Positions 60,896 through 64,000 of a DNA stretch of 64,000 nt are shown one piece after another. Numbering within the stretch: position 1 is the stretch's first letter; each line of letters starts with the position of its first letter. The DNA is from an uncultured Gemmatimonadales bacterium (GTDB lineage: Bacteria > Gemmatimonadota > Gemmatimonadetes > Gemmatimonadales > GWC2-71-9). The notes beneath the pieces are model-generated. The model searched no databases. It was given only the letters and a program-made list of their open reading frames with translations, and was not told where the DNA came from. Where the stretch lies: the NCBI GenBank assembly GCA_963828735.1, contig CAWHFW010000005.1, forward strand, positions 2,432,001 to 2,496,000. Reading direction: 5' to 3'. The position numbers and the translations under genes are program-made.

Positions 60896-60979
60896 GACTC
60901 TGGATCAGGAGAGTCCTGGTTCCAGCCCAGGAGGGGCAACTCGAAGGTCCGACCCTGCTTCGGTGGTGTCGGGCCTTTT
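60896..60979 (+). repeat. Last visible junction R9: tRNA-Gln 3' half (60896-60939) + terminator-like hairpin, with an unrelated upstream arm
   Basis: GACTCTGGATCAGGAGAGTCCTGGTTCCAGCCCAGGAGGGGCAA (one mismatch to the tRNA); AAGGTCCGAC..GTCGGGCCTTTT. Confidence 0.92.
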
Positions 60980-61080
60980 CGCTACCGTTCATTGCTGATT
61001 CGGGGCGCCGTTGTGAAGACGGTGCTCAGCGCCACAACCGCTGGTGGCCAGCCTTCCCAGCACCGCGCCTCCGCCGCGGC

Positions 61081-63786
61081 TCACCTCCCAAGATGCGCCA
61101 GTGCCCGGCGAATCGCCGTGGTATCGCCGTGCAGGGTATCCAGCCGGAAGAGCACGTCCTGCAGGCCGGCGCGCAGGGCCTCGAGCTCCACCAGGGCGCG
61201 CTCGGGTTGCAGGGTGATGCGGTGGCCGGTCTGCTGCAACGCCACCAGCGAGTCCGGCGGCCAGTCCGCGGGCCAGAGCCCCTCCAGGATGTGGATGGCG
61301 CGCTCGAGCCGCGAGAGTGTAGAGGGTACGCCGTCGAGCAGCGAGTCATTGCGGCCGACCGGCAACTCGACCTCGAGGGTCGAGGTCGTACGGATGTCGG
61401 CCTCCGGCACATGGATCACGATGCTCGCCGCGTTGCCGTCATAACTCCAGCCAGGGGCGGGCGGAACCGGCTCGGCGTCGGGCCCGCCGGCGGAGGTCGC
61501 AATGGCAAGCTGCTGGGCCGCGTCCGCTCCCCGCTTGCCGCCGGCGTAGCGGATTTCTGCTCCGTTCCACAGCACGCGCTGCGGGGGCCAGCTGTCCACC
61601 AGCTGGATTACGTACCCGCGCCACGCTGGGAGCCCCTCGAAGTCGCCGGTGGTTGGCCCGATGTGCAGGTGCACCGTGCCATCGGCGTCACGCCGCTGGC
61701 TCACGGGCGTCCACGCGAATTTCCCGCTCTGATAGCCCAGGTCATCACCGGCGTCCTGGTAGACACGGGTGTCCCCCGAATCGCCTGGGAAGACGGTTAG
61801 GGCGAGCAGGTCTTTCGGCTGCGCGTCGCTGCGGAGCGCCGTGGTCGCCATCGGGACGAGGGCGCCGGCCCGGACGTACACCGGTACCTCGTCCAGCGCG
61901 AACGTACGGCTGACCACCGCGGGCCCGTGGAGGCGCGTGCCGGTGGACCACTCGTACCAGTCGCCCGGCGGCAGCCACAGGCGCTGGTGTGCGAGCAGCG
62001 TGTCGGGTGACATCGGCGCGGTGATCGGCCGCACGATCATGTCGGGGCCGAAGCCGTACTCGTCCGCGAAGTCGTATGCCGCGCTGTCCGCCGGCCAGTC
62101 GTAGTACAGCGGATGCACGAGGGCCACGCCCGTATCGTGCGCATGCCGTGCCGCGGTGTAGATGTACGGGATCATGGCGTAGCGCAGCATGAACGCTTGA
62201 CGCATTACCCTGAAATACTCCGTGGGGTATGCCCAGATGCGCCGCTCGGCATCGGGATTCTTCGTGGTATGCGTGCGCAGGATCGGGCTGAAGATGCCGA
62301 ACTGAATCCAGCGCGTGTACAGCTCGGGCGAGACCTCTCCGTTCAGGTGCCCGCCGATGTCGTGGCTCCAGTAGCCGAAGCCTACGTTCGCGGCGGTGGC
62401 CGTGAAATACGGCTCGAAGGCGAGCGCGTCCCACGTGGAGTACGTATCGCCGGAGAAGCCGATCTGGTAGCGGTGGTTGCCCAGCCCCCCCCAGCGATGG
62501 AAGATCAGTGGACGCGCCTTGCCCTCCGCCTGCATGTGCGTGAAGAAGAGGTAGTTGACCCACCAGGTCGGGTTGAGCCCGGCCACGGCAGTCGTGTCCC
62601 ACTGCTGCCAGTCCAGCCACCAGAAATCCACGCCCTGCCGCTCGAGCGGAGCGATAATGTCCTTGAAATAGGCCTCGGCGAAACGCTTGTTCGTCGGCCG
62701 GAACGGGACGTACCGCTTGGTGGCGGGATCGATCCCCATGTCCCGCGCCATCTCGGGGTAATGCGTCTCCCATGGCTGAATGCCGCCGGCGGGATGCAGG
62801 TTGAGGGGCGTGCGCACGCCCTGCCGCGCTGTCCAGTCGAGGAACCGTTCGGGATCCGGGAAATAGGCGGAGTTCCAGGAGTATCCGGTCCACCCCTTGG
62901 CCTGTCCCGCCTGGTCCTGGGGCGCGTTCTCCCAGCGCAGCTCGAACGTGTTGTGCCAGTCCATGTCGATCACGAGCACGTCGAGCGGCACGTCGAACCG
63001 GTCGAACTGGCGGACGAGGTCCGTGAACTCCTGGTCGGTGTAGGCCCAGTAGCGCGACCACCAGACGCCGAACGCGAAACGTGGCGGCATCGGCACCCGA
63101 CCGGCCACCTTGATGAAGTCGGCCAGCCCGCCCTTGTAGTCGTGGCCGTAGCCAAAGAAATAGAGGTCCTGGCGCTCGCCCGCGGGCCGCGCCACGACCC
63201 AGGGCCATGGGCTCTGGTCGAACAGGGGGCGCTGGCTGTCGTCCAGCACGGTCCAGCCCGCGCGCGACAGCAGGCCGGGCTCCAAGGGGACGGGACCCTT
63301 GGCACCGTCCAGCGTGCGCGTCGTGCCCTTGAGGTTGGCACTGTCCGACTCGCCCGGGCGCCAGACGACGTCGCGCCCGTCCACGCGCAGCCGCACCTCG
63401 AGGTTGCCGGGGCGGAAGCGCCCGCTGCCGCGCCTGTAGCGCAGCGTGAGGTCGTCGGTCTGAACCGTAAGCCAGCTGCCGGCGCGGCGCACGGTGTGGT
63501 GTGGGACGGCGAGGCGCCGGTGGATGAAGACGAGCGACGCCCGCTTCTCGAAGTGTCCGTCCGCGCTCCATTCCATCCGCACCAGCCGAGGCGTGAGCAT
63601 GGTGAAGCGCGCGTGGCCCTCGACGACCGTAGCCGCCGGGTCGGCCACCGGATCAGCCGTGGCGACCTGTGGCGCCATCAAGGCAGCGGGGGCTTGCGGC
63701 CGCGACGGCGTCTGGACCGCTGCGCCCGTGGCGGCTGGCGTCATGAGCGCTAGGGCACCAAGGCTGACCAGCGCCAACGTACGCAT
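61081..63786 (-). CDS. Secreted glycoside hydrolase family 31
   Basis: Signal peptide; WWSRYW, IDMDWH, DFWWLDWQQ nucleophile, HRYQIGFSGDT, WSHDIGGH, ELYTRW. Confidence 0.92.
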   Translation of the reverse strand: MRTLALVSLGALALMTPAATGAAVQTPSRPQAPAALMAPQVATADPVADPAATVVEGHARFTMLTPRLVRMEWSADGHFEKRASLVFIHRRLAVPHHTVRRAGSWLTVQTDDLTLRYRRGSGRFRPGNLEVRLRVDGRDVVWRPGESDSANLKGTTRTLDGAKGPVPLEPGLLSRAGWTVLDDSQRPLFDQSPWPWVVARPAGERQDLYFFGYGHDYKGGLADFIKVAGRVPMPPRFAFGVWWSRYWAYTDQEFTDLVRQFDRFDVPLDVLVIDMDWHNTFELRWENAPQDQAGQAKGWTGYSWNSAYFPDPERFLDWTARQGVRTPLNLHPAGGIQPWETHYPEMARDMGIDPATKRYVPFRPTNKRFAEAYFKDIIAPLERQGVDFWWLDWQQWDTTAVAGLNPTWWVNYLFFTHMQAEGKARPLIFHRWGGLGNHRYQIGFSGDTYSTWDALAFEPYFTATAANVGFGYWSHDIGGHLNGEVSPELYTRWIQFGIFSPILRTHTTKNPDAERRIWAYPTEYFRVMRQAFMLRYAMIPYIYTAARHAHDTGVALVHPLYYDWPADSAAYDFADEYGFGPDMIVRPITAPMSPDTLLAHQRLWLPPGDWYEWSTGTRLHGPAVVSRTFALDEVPVYVRAGALVPMATTALRSDAQPKDLLALTVFPGDSGDTRVYQDAGDDLGYQSGKFAWTPVSQRRDADGTVHLHIGPTTGDFEGLPAWRGYVIQLVDSWPPQRVLWNGAEIRYAGGKRGADAAQQLAIATSAGGPDAEPVPPAPGWSYDGNAASIVIHVPEADIRTTSTLEVELPVGRNDSLLDGVPSTLSRLERAIHILEGLWPADWPPDSLVALQQTGHRITLQPERALVELEALRAGLQDVLFRLDTLHGDTTAIRRALAHLGR

Positions 63787-64000
63787 GCCGCGACCTCCTG
63801 TGCTACTTGGCCGGCGCCGCTCCGTCGTTGCGCACGATCTTGCGCCCTTCATGACGAAGCCGACTCGCCGCACTGCGGTGACGTCCACCCTCGGGTCTCC
63901 ATCGGTCGCGACGATGCCGTTCGGCATCCTCGGGCGGTGCTAGTGGTTGGTATGGTCATTTCCATGGTCGCGCCAGTCAACCCCGGGCGGGACTCGCAGC

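Larger units (their letters stand above)
25782..60939. mobile_element. Tandem array of tRNA-Gln-integrated modules (compound genomic island)
   Basis: Bounded by the intact tRNA-Gln and the last visible tRNA 3'-half copy. Contains internal att-like repeats, tyrosine-recombinase stubs, accessory cargo and gene fragments. Confidence 0.85.

Noticed and set aside
27369..60939. CRISPR array
   Set aside because: Repeats are ~200 bp with kilobase gene-bearing spacers and contain tRNA sequence; no cas genes are visible.
27369..60939. Classical integron with attC sites
   Set aside because: No intI is visible, the repeats lack the RYYYAAC..GTTRRRY attC layout, and modules are multigene with mixed orientation.
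27499..60939. Additional tRNA-Gln genes
   Set aside because: The copies lack the 5' acceptor strand, D-arm and 5' anticodon stem, so they cannot form a cloverleaf.
16..63753. Long overlapping or antisense ORFs (for example 16-996, 1788-3161, 21049-22272, 61745-63571, 62113-63753)
   Set aside because: They are Arg/Ala/Pro-rich shadow frames of well-supported genes, as expected in high-GC DNA.

Overview
GC-rich bacterial chromosome window. A Gemmatimonadota-like origin is inferred from the three Hanks kinases with TolB-like/TPR tails, a DUF4384 protein and kelch lipoproteins; this was not checked by search. Bases 1-25.5 kb are ordinary core-type genes: an ABC exporter operon, a Ser/Thr kinase, crcB, nadE, thioesterase, patatin, mutY-like, mlaEFD, rnz and an FAD oxidoreductase. 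A tRNA-Ala(CGC)-tRNA-Gln(CTG) pair follows at 25.6-25.8 kb. The ~35 kb downstream of tRNA-Gln is the notable part. It is cut into about ten cargo modules of 1.4-7 kb by a recurring ~200-bp direct repeat made of a conserved ~130-bp arm, the 3' half of the same tRNA-Gln starting at the anticodon loop, and a hairpin. Four junctions are followed by only the C-terminal stub of a tyrosine recombinase pointing back at the junction, and I found no intact integrase in the window. Cargo includes kelch lipoproteins, TetR-SDR, cupins, an antiporter, AI-2E, VIT1, ArsA, ALDH, a BTAD regulator and two kinases. I interpret this as a tRNA-anchored tandem array of miniaturised integrative elements, possibly working as an integron-like cassette array. 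Several single-base frameshifts, including in core genes, may be sequencing errors. All calls are by eye and no database searches were run.
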